Shown here one piece after another: positions 21,460 through 30,152 of a stretch of DNA of 64,000 nucleotides. A program made the position numbers and the translations under genes. The DNA lies in the NCBI GenBank assembly GCA_039799245.1, contig JBDLTB010000015.1, positions 9,759 through 73,758 of the forward strand. Direction: 5' to 3'. Each line of letters opens with the position of its first letter. Within the stretch, counting starts at the first letter, position 1. The notes under the pieces were generated by a model. It ran no database searches and was not told the DNA's origin. It was given only the letters and a program-made list of their open reading frames with translations. The stretch is from Cyanobacteriota bacterium. GTDB taxonomy: Bacteria > Cyanobacteriota > Cyanobacteriia > PCC-6307 > Cyanobiaceae.

Positions 21460-21923
21460 GGGTGATGCCCCCCATAGGCCCCCGCCTCCGGCTGGAAGGG
21501 GGCCTCCAGGGTTTCAACCCCTAGGCCCCGATGGCGCAGCAGATCGGCCAGCACGCTGTCGGCCAGCAGGCGCAGCTCGCCGCAGTGCAACTCCAGGGCC
21601 ACATGGCGATTGCCCAGGTGATAAGCCGCCTGCAACAGCTCCAGGGGCTCCCCAGCGGTGACCCGCAGCAAGCTCTCCGGCGCCGCCTGCACCAGCACCA
21701 CAGGCAAGCCGTCTGCCATCGCCAGCCATTCCCCGGGCCGCAGGGCCGCCCCCCGGGGCAACTGCAACAGCAACGGCTGGCCGCAGGCGCTATGGCGCCG
21801 GCCCCGTAACACCGTGCGTTCGGCCGCCGTCAATGGCAGGCAGAGGCTGGGGCCAAGCTGAGGGGCTGGGGCCGCCAACCGCCGCTCGAGCACCAGTGGT
21901 GCCAACTTCCCATCCGCCATCAA
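21456..21923 (-). CDS. ureE: urease accessory protein UreE
   Basis: Position between ureF and the divergent ureD, UreE-like size, GNRH motif (AYHLGNRHVALE) and His-containing C-terminus. TTG at 21923 and ATG at 21920. Confidence 0.8.
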   Translation of the reverse strand: MMADGKLAPLVLERRLAAPAPQLGPSLCLPLTAAERTVLRGRRHSACGQPLLLQLPRGAALRPGEWLAMADGLPVVLVQAAPESLLRVTAGEPLELLQAAYHLGNRHVALELHCGELRLLADSVLADLLRHRGLGVETLEAPFQPEAGAYGGHHP

Positions 21924-21975
21924 CGCTTATCCCCCTTGCCCTGCCCCAGCCTCCTGGCCGAAGCCAAGGGAAAAG

Positions 21976-21989
21976 GTGATGGTTGCTAC
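21976..21989. promoter_or_regulatory. NtcA-like palindrome GTG-N8-TAC in the ureE/ureD divergent spacer
   Basis: gtgatggttgctac. No convincing -10 element at the canonical spacing in either direction. Confidence 0.25.
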
Positions 21990-22023
21990 CAAGTTTCAGG
22001 GGCCAGGGGAGAAGCATCCCCCC

Positions 22024-22887
22024 ATGGTCAATGCATCCCCCTGGCAGGGCAGGGCTGAACTGAGCTTTGCCCTAGGTTCCGCTGGCACCACTGGTTTCCA
22101 AGGGGGCAGCACGGCCCCCCTGCGGCTGCAGCGCAGTTTCTGCCGGGGCGATGGCCGCTGCGAGCTGCCATTGCTGCACACCGCCGGCGGCCTAGTGGGG
22201 GGCGATGAGCTCTGGGTGGAGGCAAAACTGGCGGCGGGTAGCCGTGCCCTAATTACCACCGTGGCGGCCCAGAAGGTGTATGGCACCAGGGGCCGTTCCC
22301 GCCAGCAACCCCAGGGCCGCTGGGCCCGCCAACAGCTGCACTTTCAGCTGGAAACAGAGGCAGACCTCGAATGGCTCCCCCAGGAAACCGTGGTGTTTAG
22401 CGGGGGGTTGCTGGAGCAACACTGCCGGGTGCAACTGGCGGCCGATGCCCACTGGCTCGGCGCTGAAGTGGTGCGGCTGGGACGCACGGCCAGCGGTGAA
22501 AGCCTTGGCTGCGGCCAATGGCGCAGCCACTTGGAAATCCAGAGGCAGGGCCAGTGGGAGCTGGTGGACCGGCTGGAACTGGGGGGCGAAGCCCTAACGG
22601 CGCCCCACGGCATGGACGGCCAGCCGGTGTTTGGCAGCCTCGTTTGGGCCAGCCCGGGGGCCGTGGCCGCCGAATTGCTGGAGCTCTGCCGCGCCGACAG
22701 CGCTGGCTTGCCCGGCAGCCTGGCCTGCGGCGCCCTCGAGCGGGGCTTGATCGCCCGTTACCGGGGGCCCTCCAGCCAGGCCGCCCGCTTCTGGTTCACC
22801 CGCATCTGGGCCCGGATCCGCCAGCAGCGGGGACTAGCGGCGGCGGAACTACCGCGGGTTTGGCCCTTCCAGGAGGCTCCCCTTTAA
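22024..22887 (+). CDS. ureD: urease accessory protein UreD (UreH)
   Basis: WQGRAELSF...PLRLQRSF...LLHTAGGLVGGD UreD pattern. ATG 22024 is preferred; the ORF opens at GTG 21976. Confidence 0.85.
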   Translation: MVNASPWQGRAELSFALGSAGTTGFQGGSTAPLRLQRSFCRGDGRCELPLLHTAGGLVGGDELWVEAKLAAGSRALITTVAAQKVYGTRGRSRQQPQGRWARQQLHFQLETEADLEWLPQETVVFSGGLLEQHCRVQLAADAHWLGAEVVRLGRTASGESLGCGQWRSHLEIQRQGQWELVDRLELGGEALTAPHGMDGQPVFGSLVWASPGAVAAELLELCRADSAGLPGSLACGALERGLIARYRGPSSQAARFWFTRIWARIRQQRGLAAAELPRVWPFQEAPL

Positions 22888-24332
22888 AGCGCCAGGGCAC
22901 GAATGGCCCGGCGGCGTACTTCGATCACCTCACCAATGTCCTGGGCAACGCGGGGCTGCACTTCAAGCAGATGGTGCAGGGTGTCAGCATCAATCAGCAA
23001 CACACTGAGATCCTCGGTTGCCAATACCATCGTATCGATACATTGCTCGGTAAGTAATGATGCATTCTCACCAAAGTACTCCCCGGCCGCAAGCACCCCA
23101 ATCGTAAACATTCGCCCCTCAGCATCTATCACATTCAAGCTTGCCCGGCCCTCCATAATCACAAATAAGCCAGGCAGACGCTCCCCTTGGCGCAATACCA
23201 ACTCCTGGCCGGCATAGCGCTGCTGTTCACATACAGCCAAGACAGATTCCAACTCAGCAGCGGGCAATGTTGCAAAGCAAGCCACCCGCTGCAACCCCTG
23301 GAGCTGCAAACGCCGCCGCTGTTCACCCGTGGGCCCAGGGGGACGGTGCGCCATCACCTGCTGGATTGGATAGGGCATCGTGAGCCCATGGCGCTTGGCG
23401 GCATACCAGATGCGCAGCTTAAAATCATCAAGCGCATCAAAGGCTTCTTCGATGCCATCTGAATAGAAACGAATCGAATAACTAATCGCCGAATCGCCAT
23501 ACTCATATAGAGACACATCGGGGCGGGGTCGCTCAAGTACGTCATTAATATTAGCCAAGAGATCTCGGATCACCTTAATCACCTTGTTGGGGGGATCATC
23601 GTAGGAGAACGAAAGTAACAGCCGTTCATTGTGCAGCCTGCGCGGCCTGCTGAGATTGGAAAATGTTTCTTTTGCCAATACAGAATTAGGCACCACCGTG
23701 AGGTCTGTAAAGCGGGTAACCAAGTGCACAGAGCGCCAGTTTATCTCCACCACCTTTCCAAATTTATCGCCAATACGAATCCAATCCCCCAGGCTAAATG
23801 GCCGTTCAGATAAAAGCGAAATCCCCGAAAAAATATTACCAAGACTGTCCTGCAGGGCTAGGCCCACCACCAGCGAACCCACCCCCAGGGCAGTGAGCAG
23901 GCCGCCAAGATTGGCGCCCCACACCGAAGACAATACAAAAGCAGATCCGATGCACACCAGCACGAAACGGCCCAGATCCCGCAATATCTGGGGGATTTTG
24001 GCTTGCCAGCCAGCACTGCCAGCCCGCTCAAACAGCAGCACATTCAGCAGCGTTAAGGCTGCATAGATCAAGGTGATCCAAAGGAAGGTTTCCGCCAGCC
24101 GCACAAAGATCGCGCCGGCCGGCCATTGCAACACCTGCCGCAGCAGCACAAAAGCCGCCGCCAGGGGCAGGCTCCCCTGACGCAAAATTGCCAAGGGTTG
24201 AGCCAGGGGTTGTTGACGCCGCTCCAGCCGCAGCTGCAGCTCCCCCAGCAGCAACATCAACAGGGGAAAGCCCAACACCAGGCCCAGGGTCCAGCCGAGG
24301 GCCCAGCCCTGGATCGCTACGCCAGTGGCCAT
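22884..24332 (-). CDS. MscS-family mechanosensitive channel with C-terminal CAP/cNMP-binding-like domain (bCNG-type architecture)
   Basis: MscS TM3/beta-domain core GVGSLVVGLALQDSLGNIFSGISLLSERPFSLGDWIRIGDKFGKVVEINWRSVHL, followed by a CNB-like beta-roll ...GEYFGENASLL.... Low GC. Confidence 0.85.
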   Translation of the reverse strand: MATGVAIQGWALGWTLGLVLGFPLLMLLLGELQLRLERRQQPLAQPLAILRQGSLPLAAAFVLLRQVLQWPAGAIFVRLAETFLWITLIYAALTLLNVLLFERAGSAGWQAKIPQILRDLGRFVLVCIGSAFVLSSVWGANLGGLLTALGVGSLVVGLALQDSLGNIFSGISLLSERPFSLGDWIRIGDKFGKVVEINWRSVHLVTRFTDLTVVPNSVLAKETFSNLSRPRRLHNERLLLSFSYDDPPNKVIKVIRDLLANINDVLERPRPDVSLYEYGDSAISYSIRFYSDGIEEAFDALDDFKLRIWYAAKRHGLTMPYPIQQVMAHRPPGPTGEQRRRLQLQGLQRVACFATLPAAELESVLAVCEQQRYAGQELVLRQGERLPGLFVIMEGRASLNVIDAEGRMFTIGVLAAGEYFGENASLLTEQCIDTMVLATEDLSVLLIDADTLHHLLEVQPRVAQDIGEVIEVRRRAIRALAL

Positions 24333-24334
24333 GG

Positions 24335-26425
24335 CTAACTCACCCGCCAGATCGGCAGTTCAGCACTGCCTTGCTCAGCAACTAGCTCGAAACTGTAGAG
24401 GCCCTGGAGGGCCTCATAAACCGACTGGCTTACATGGATCTGATTCTGACCGGGGGATTCATGGATCTGCTTGGCGATGTTGATTGTTTCCCCCCAAACC
24501 TCGTAATTAAATCTGGTTTTACCCACCACCCCCGCCGAAACTGGCCCACTGTGGATGCCAATATCCAGGCCAAGATCAAGGCCCTCCTTGCGGTTGAAAC
24601 GCCGAATAATATTGATCATCGCCAGGGCAAAATCCACCATCCGCTTGGCGTGGTCTACCCGCGGTATCGACAAACCGCAAACAGCAACATAAATAGAACC
24701 CATACTGCGAATCTTCTCAACGCTAAAGCGCTCAGCCGCCTCATCAAAGGCATCATTCAATTGGTTCAATAGTTGATATGCATGCTCCTCCGAAAGACTG
24801 GCCGAAAGCGAATCAACTCCATCAACATTCACATAAAGCACTGTCACATTTGGAAAACTATCGGAAATATCCTGCTCACCACTCTTGAGCCGCTCCGCCG
24901 CCCCAGGGGGCAAGATCGTGAGCAGCAAGCGATCGTTCTCCTGCATGTGGGCTTGAATTGCCTGTTCTTTTCCATGCAAGGCCTTGGCCATGGCATTGAA
25001 GGATTGGGTGAGCTCCCCAAACTCATCCTGGGAGACCACCGGAATCTGCACCTCACTATTGCCGCGTTCAATCTCGTGGGTTCCGGCAATCAAGCGGCGA
25101 ATCGGCGTAAGAAAAGTTTTAGCCACCGCCCCAGAAACCAGGGTGATCAAAGGCATCATGATCGCCGCGGTTATCAGCATGTTGCGGGTAAGCGTATGCA
25201 TACCACTAAATATTTCAGCCTGGTCAATCTCGACCACTAAAGCCCAGTCAAAATCACCTAACTTAATTGGAGAATAGGCTCCAAGTACAGGCACGCCCCG
25301 ATAGTCGTTATAGGAAGCCAAACCGGATTTGCCAGCCAAGCCCGCTAGGGCTCCCTTTGATTTGACCTGCTGGATAAGAATTGAAGACTGGGCGGATTTA
25401 ATCAGGCCAATCTGCTTAGTAGCCACCCCCTGGGCTTCGAGGGCCTTGTAATAGCCCTTGGGATCCTCGAAGAGGAAACGACTGGAGGAACGCATCCGCT
25501 GGTCTGGCCCCACCAGATAGGTTTCTCCTGACTCACCAAGGCCCACCTGCTGCCAGCGTTTGTCCACATTCATAATCTGATCAATGCGGTGGGAAGGCAC
25601 CTCAAGCACCAACACACCGATAAATTTATCTTTATCAAAAACCGTCGTACTTACAAAGGCAGAGGGCACTCCATAGCCAGGCTTATAGTGTTCAAAGTCT
25701 GTTATACCTACGAAATCTGGATCCCGCGATTGACGGGCCATCTCAAAGGCTTTAGCGAGGGAACTACCCGCAAAGGGACCATCGGCAATGTTGCCACCAA
25801 AATCAATCTTCTTTGCCACTGAATATAAAATATTGCCTTTAGCATCAATCAAATAAAGGTCTGGATAACCAAATTCCTCGGCAATCACCCTAAAGCGCTT
25901 ATGCACGGCCCCATGCAGCTCACTATATTCACTACCATCCCCAGCCTTTAGCAACTGAGCGCGATTTTTGGGGTAGGGATTTGCCACCGTATAGTGGTAA
26001 GTAAGATACTTATCCGCCGCAGAAATGGGCAAATAAGTGGCCAGCGCTGGATCGCCCTCAATATTCTTTTTTAATTTCGGCAGGAAGTCTTTGGCATAGA
26101 AATTCCTCAACTTCTCCGTCTGCTCGGCTGTGATTTGACTGCTGTTTAACCTATTGATTGCCGGTCCAAGGCTATTAATGGCATTCACAGCCATCTGCTG
26201 ATAGCCCAAGGTGAGGGCATGGGCCTTCAAGCCCTTGAAATAGCTCTCGATCGCCTGGGAACGGGAATTGCGCAGGCCGAGCAGCTGGGCATCGGCAGCA
26301 GCCATCAGGGCCTGGCGGCTACTGCTGTAGCTCACAAAACCAGTGAGCAGCAGGGTGAACAAACTCACCGCCAGCACCAGAGCCAGCAGCTTCGATTGGA
26401 TCCCCAGCTTGCTGAAAACAGTCAT
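24335..26425 (-). CDS. membrane sensor protein: extracytoplasmic Cache-like domain - HAMP - class III cyclase-homology domain
   Basis: TM1, an extracytoplasmic region of about 380 aa (GETYLVGPDQ, YNDYRGVPVLGAY...WALVVEIDQAE), TM2, HAMP (PIRRLIAGTHEIERGN...DEFGELTQSFNAMA), then the cyclase-homology domain (VTVLYVNVDG...GIHSGPVSAGVVG...YEVWGETINIA). ATG 26425 is preferred; the ORF opens at 26464. Confidence 0.85.
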   Translation of the reverse strand: MTVFSKLGIQSKLLALVLAVSLFTLLLTGFVSYSSSRQALMAAADAQLLGLRNSRSQAIESYFKGLKAHALTLGYQQMAVNAINSLGPAINRLNSSQITAEQTEKLRNFYAKDFLPKLKKNIEGDPALATYLPISAADKYLTYHYTVANPYPKNRAQLLKAGDGSEYSELHGAVHKRFRVIAEEFGYPDLYLIDAKGNILYSVAKKIDFGGNIADGPFAGSSLAKAFEMARQSRDPDFVGITDFEHYKPGYGVPSAFVSTTVFDKDKFIGVLVLEVPSHRIDQIMNVDKRWQQVGLGESGETYLVGPDQRMRSSSRFLFEDPKGYYKALEAQGVATKQIGLIKSAQSSILIQQVKSKGALAGLAGKSGLASYNDYRGVPVLGAYSPIKLGDFDWALVVEIDQAEIFSGMHTLTRNMLITAAIMMPLITLVSGAVAKTFLTPIRRLIAGTHEIERGNSEVQIPVVSQDEFGELTQSFNAMAKALHGKEQAIQAHMQENDRLLLTILPPGAAERLKSGEQDISDSFPNVTVLYVNVDGVDSLSASLSEEHAYQLLNQLNDAFDEAAERFSVEKIRSMGSIYVAVCGLSIPRVDHAKRMVDFALAMINIIRRFNRKEGLDLGLDIGIHSGPVSAGVVGKTRFNYEVWGETINIAKQIHESPGQNQIHVSQSVYEALQGLYSFELVAEQGSAELPIWRVS

Positions 26426-26504
26426 TGACGAAGGCTCAGCCGAGGGGCGAGGCAATCGGTGCATTCACGCAGGCAGAACCACGCTTCTCGGCAAGCGAGC
26501 TTAA

Positions 26505-26528
26505 CTGAACTGTTCAGCCCGAACGTTC
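26505..26528. promoter_or_regulatory. adjacent palindromes CTGAAC-T-GTTCAG and GAACGTTC in the sensor/ureA divergent spacer
   Basis: Read directly. They are part of a cluster of eight GAAC/GTTC tetramers in 26476..26586. Confidence 0.35.
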
Positions 26529-26587
26529 CGCCTGAACCATCCGGCCCTAACCAGAGCTGGCAAAGTGCCTGTTCCCTGGACTGAACC

Positions 26588-26893
26588 ATGCACCTGTCCC
26601 CCCAGGAGAAAGACAAACTGCTGGTGGTGACCGCTGCCCTTCTGGCGGAGCGCCGCCTGCAGCGGGGCCTAAGGCTCAACCATCCGGAGGCGGTGGCCTG
26701 GCTCAGCTTCCAGATCCTGGAGGGGGCCCGCGATGGCCAAACCGTGGCCGCCCTCATGCAAGCGGGCAGCACCTGGCTGCGGCGCGACCAGGTGATGGAA
26801 GGGGTGCCGGAACTGATCCCAGAAGTTCAGATGGAAGCCACCTTCCCCGATGGCACCAAGCTCGTGACCCTGCACCAACCAATCCGATGCTGA
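26588..26893 (+). CDS. ureA: urease subunit gamma
   Basis: [37 protein letters not shown]... is a canonical UreA sequence. Confidence 0.95.
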   Translation: MHLSPQEKDKLLVVTAALLAERRLQRGLRLNHPEAVAWLSFQILEGARDGQTVAALMQAGSTWLRRDQVMEGVPELIPEVQMEATFPDGTKLVTLHQPIRC

Positions 26894-27195
26894 TCCCAGG
26901 CGAACTATTCCCCGTAGCAGGCAGCATTGAGCTCAATGCTGGCCGCCCGGTAACCCAAATCACTGTGGCCAACAGTGGTGATCGCCCCGTGCAGGTGGGC
27001 TCCCATTTTCATTTCATGGAAGCCAACGCTGCCCTGCTCTTTGACCGGGAGGCCGCCCGGGGCCAGCGGCTAGACATCCCCGCCGGCACCGCCATCCGGT
27101 TTGAACCTGGCGACAGCCGCGAGGTGCAGCTGGTGCCCTTTGCCGGGGCCAGGCGGGTGGTGGGTTTCAACGGCCTAATCAACGGAGAGCTCTGA
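26887..27195 (+). CDS. ureB: urease subunit beta
   Basis: IPGE...[28 protein letters not shown] is a canonical UreB sequence. Confidence 0.95.
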   Translation: MLIPGELFPVAGSIELNAGRPVTQITVANSGDRPVQVGSHFHFMEANAALLFDREAARGQRLDIPAGTAIRFEPGDSREVQLVPFAGARRVVGFNGLINGEL

Positions 27196-28904
27196 TGCCT
27201 TACCAGATGGACCGTCGGGCCTACGCCGAAACCTATGGCCCCACCCGCGGCGATCGCCTGCGCCTGGCCGACACCGAGTTGATCCTGGAGGTGGAAAAAG
27301 ACTTCACCAGCTACGGCGATGAGGTGAAATTCGGCGGCGGCAAGGTGATCCGCGATGGCATGGGCCAAGGGCAAACATCCAGGGCCGCAGGGGCCGTAGA
27401 CACGGTGATCACCAATGCGCTGATCCTCGATTGGTGGGGGATTGTGAAGGCAGACATCGGCCTGCGCGATGGCCGCATCTGGGCCATCGGTAAGGCCGGC
27501 AACCCCGACATCAGCGACAACATCGACGTGCTGATTGGCCCTGGCACCGAGGTGATTGCCGGCGAAGGCCAGATCGTTACCGCCGGTGCCATCGACACCC
27601 ACATCCACTTCATCTGCCCCCAGCAGATCGAAACAGCCCTGGCCTCCGGCGTTACCACCATGCTCGGTGGCGGCACGGGCCCAGCCACTGGCAGCAATGC
27701 CACCACCTGCACCCCGGGGGCCTTCCACCTGGCCCGCATGTTGCAGGCCGCCGATGGCTTTCCGATCAACCTGGGCTTCTTCGGCAAGGGCAACGCCAGC
27801 AGCCCCGAGGCCCTAGCGGAACAGATCCGGGCCGGGGCCTGCGGGCTCAAGTTGCACGAGGACTGGGGCACCACCCCCGCCGCCATCGATTGCTGCCTAG
27901 GGGTAGCTGACCGCTTCGATGTCCAGGTGTGCATCCACACCGACACCCTCAATGAAGCCGGGTTTGTGGAAGACACGATCCGCGCCATTGCCGGGCGCAC
28001 CATCCACACCTTCCATACTGAGGGGGCCGGCGGCGGCCATGCCCCCGACATCATCAAGATCTGCGGGGAAGCGAATGTGCTGCCCAGTTCCACAAACCCC
28101 ACCCGCCCCTACACCCGCAACACCCTGGAGGAACACCTAGACATGTTGATGGTGTGCCATCACCTCGACGCGGGCATTCCCGAGGATGTGGCCTTTGCTG
28201 AATCACGCATTCGCCGCGAAACTATCGCCGCCGAAGACATCCTCCACGACCTCGGGGCCTTCAGCATCATCGCCAGTGATTCCCAGGCCATGGGTCGGGT
28301 GGGGGAAGTGATCACCCGCACCTTCCAAACGGCCCACAAAATGAAAGTGCAACGGGGAGCTTTGCCGGGGGACAGCAGCCGCAACGACAACCAGCGGATC
28401 AAGCGCTACGTGGCCAAATTCACGATCAATCCGGCTATTGCCCATGGCATCGACAGCCAGGTGGGCTCCGTGGAGGTGGGCAAGCTGGCCGACCTGGTGC
28501 TTTGGAAGCCGGGGTTCTTTGGGGTAAAGCCTGAATTGGTAATCAAGGGGGGCATGATCGCCTGGGCCCAGATGGGCGATGCCAATGCCTCGATTCCCAC
28601 CCCCGGCCCGGTGCACGGCCGACCGATGTTTGCTGGCTTTGGCGGCGCCACCGCCCCCAGCCGGCTCAGCTTCGTCTCCCAGGCGGCCCTAGACGCCGAC
28701 CTGCCCCGCCAGCTGGGGCTGCGGAGCCCCTGTGTGCCGGTGCAGAACACCCGCAGCATCGGCAAAACGGCGATGCGCAACAACAGCGCCATGCCAGCCA
28801 TGGAGGTGGATCCGGAAACCTATGAGGTGTATGCCGATGGCGAACTGCTCAGCTGTGAACCAGCCGAGGTGCTACCCATGGCCCAGCGCTACTTTCTGCT
28901 CTAA
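27195..28904 (+). CDS. ureC: urease subunit alpha
   Basis: [35 protein letters not shown] and MVCHHLD Ni-centre motifs. Confidence 0.97.
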   Translation: MPYQMDRRAYAETYGPTRGDRLRLADTELILEVEKDFTSYGDEVKFGGGKVIRDGMGQGQTSRAAGAVDTVITNALILDWWGIVKADIGLRDGRIWAIGKAGNPDISDNIDVLIGPGTEVIAGEGQIVTAGAIDTHIHFICPQQIETALASGVTTMLGGGTGPATGSNATTCTPGAFHLARMLQAADGFPINLGFFGKGNASSPEALAEQIRAGACGLKLHEDWGTTPAAIDCCLGVADRFDVQVCIHTDTLNEAGFVEDTIRAIAGRTIHTFHTEGAGGGHAPDIIKICGEANVLPSSTNPTRPYTRNTLEEHLDMLMVCHHLDAGIPEDVAFAESRIRRETIAAEDILHDLGAFSIIASDSQAMGRVGEVITRTFQTAHKMKVQRGALPGDSSRNDNQRIKRYVAKFTINPAIAHGIDSQVGSVEVGKLADLVLWKPGFFGVKPELVIKGGMIAWAQMGDANASIPTPGPVHGRPMFAGFGGATAPSRLSFVSQAALDADLPRQLGLRSPCVPVQNTRSIGKTAMRNNSAMPAMEVDPETYEVYADGELLSCEPAEVLPMAQRYFLL

Positions 28905-28916
28905 GGCCCAAGCAGT

Positions 28917-29132
28917 ATGGGGACCCGCATCAGCAAGGAAACCTTTCTGGCCCGGGCAAAAGCCCGTTTTGGCGATCGCTATGACTACACCGAAATCCTG
29001 TACAAGAGCTATCGAACGCCGATAAAAATCCGCTGCCACCAGCATCCTGTTGCCCAGATCGTTATCACCCCAGAAAGACACTTGATCACCACCGGGGGCT
29101 GCCGCTTCTGCCTCAAGGAGCTGGGGCGCTAA
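28917..29132 (+). CDS. small conserved-motif protein (phage/homing-endonuclease-associated N-terminal module, stand-alone)
   Basis: FLARAKARFGDRYDYTEILYKSYRTPIKIRCHQHPVAQIVITPERHLITTGGCRFC fits the F..A...HG..YDYS...Y.....K..I.C..HG.F...P..HL.G.GC..C pattern I know from phage and giant-virus endonuclease-like proteins. No nuclease domain follows. Confidence 0.45.
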   Translation: MGTRISKETFLARAKARFGDRYDYTEILYKSYRTPIKIRCHQHPVAQIVITPERHLITTGGCRFCLKELGR

Positions 29133-29158
29133 CCACCGCCTCACCCGAGACTTCAACC

Positions 29159-30028
29159 ATGCCAAAATCAATCCATAAAAAAATCAAAGAAGACCCCTAC
29201 GAACCCTCGAACTTGCTGGAGGATCTAGCAGCAAATGATGACAAGCACTCAACAAAACTTGAGCGCAAAATATATGAAAAAGAATTAGCTAAATTACATA
29301 TAGAGCTGGTAAAAATGCAATATTGGGTTAAACATATTGGCTACCGCTTAATTGTTGTGTTTGAAGGCAGAGATGCGGCAGGCAAGGGGGGCACAATCAA
29401 GCGAATAACAGAACCCCTAAACCCCCGCGGTTGCCAAGTAATTGCCCTTGGCACCCCCTCAGACCACCAAAAAACCCAATGGTATTTTCAGCGCTACGTT
29501 GAACACTTTCCTTCGGCTGGTGAAATCATAATTTTCGATCGTAGTTGGTACAATCGAGCCGGCGTAGAGCGGGTGATGGGCTTCTGCAGCGAAGCCCAAA
29601 CCCAAGAGTTTCTCCACTCCTGCCCGGAATTTGAACGGATGCTTGTGCGGGCAGGCATTGTACTAATCAAATATTGGTTTTCCGTTAGCGATGAAGAACA
29701 GGAAATTCGCTTCCAATCACGCATCGACGACCCCACCCGCCGCTGGAAGCTAAGCCCCATGGACCTGGAATCAAGGCGCCGCTGGGTGGAATTTTCAAAG
29801 GCCAAAGATGAAATGTTTGCCCACACAAACATCCCAGAGGCCCCCTGGTTCACCGTGGCAGCCGACGACAAACGCCGGGCAAGGCTCAATTGCATTCATC
29901 ACCTACTAAGCAAAATTCCCTACGAAGACATGACCCCTGAAGCAATTAAGCTTCCCCCTCGCAAAAGCGGTGGTAAATACCAAAGGCCACCGATTAATGA
30001 GCAATTCTTTGTTCCTGAAATCTATTGA
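29159..30028 (+). CDS. ppk2: polyphosphate kinase 2 (single-domain PPK2)
   Basis: VVFEGRDAAGKGGTIKRI (Walker A), QWYFQRY and FDRSWYNRAGVERVMGF lid motif. Markedly low GC. Confidence 0.9.
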   Translation: MPKSIHKKIKEDPYEPSNLLEDLAANDDKHSTKLERKIYEKELAKLHIELVKMQYWVKHIGYRLIVVFEGRDAAGKGGTIKRITEPLNPRGCQVIALGTPSDHQKTQWYFQRYVEHFPSAGEIIIFDRSWYNRAGVERVMGFCSEAQTQEFLHSCPEFERMLVRAGIVLIKYWFSVSDEEQEIRFQSRIDDPTRRWKLSPMDLESRRRWVEFSKAKDEMFAHTNIPEAPWFTVAADDKRRARLNCIHHLLSKIPYEDMTPEAIKLPPRKSGGKYQRPPINEQFFVPEIY

Positions 30029-30152
30029 GGCTCAAATAAGTAGCAGAGGCAACAAAATTACTAGCTCCCAGGGCAAAGCGGGCATTTGGTAGCAATAGCA
30101 ACTCTATAAGGGCCCCCCAATTGCAGACCATTACCCCAGGAACGGGTTGCCC

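Noticed and set aside
27009-28102. Two long antisense ORFs (239 and 263 aa) inside ureC.
   Set aside because: They overlap the unambiguous ureC reading frame and have a low-complexity Ala/Gly/Pro-rich composition with no motifs.
22884-30028. Looked for mobile-element hallmarks (integrase, transposase, tRNA, flanking direct or inverted repeats) around the low-GC blocks.
   Set aside because: None found by eye. The blocks are therefore reported as compositional anomalies, not annotated as mobile elements.
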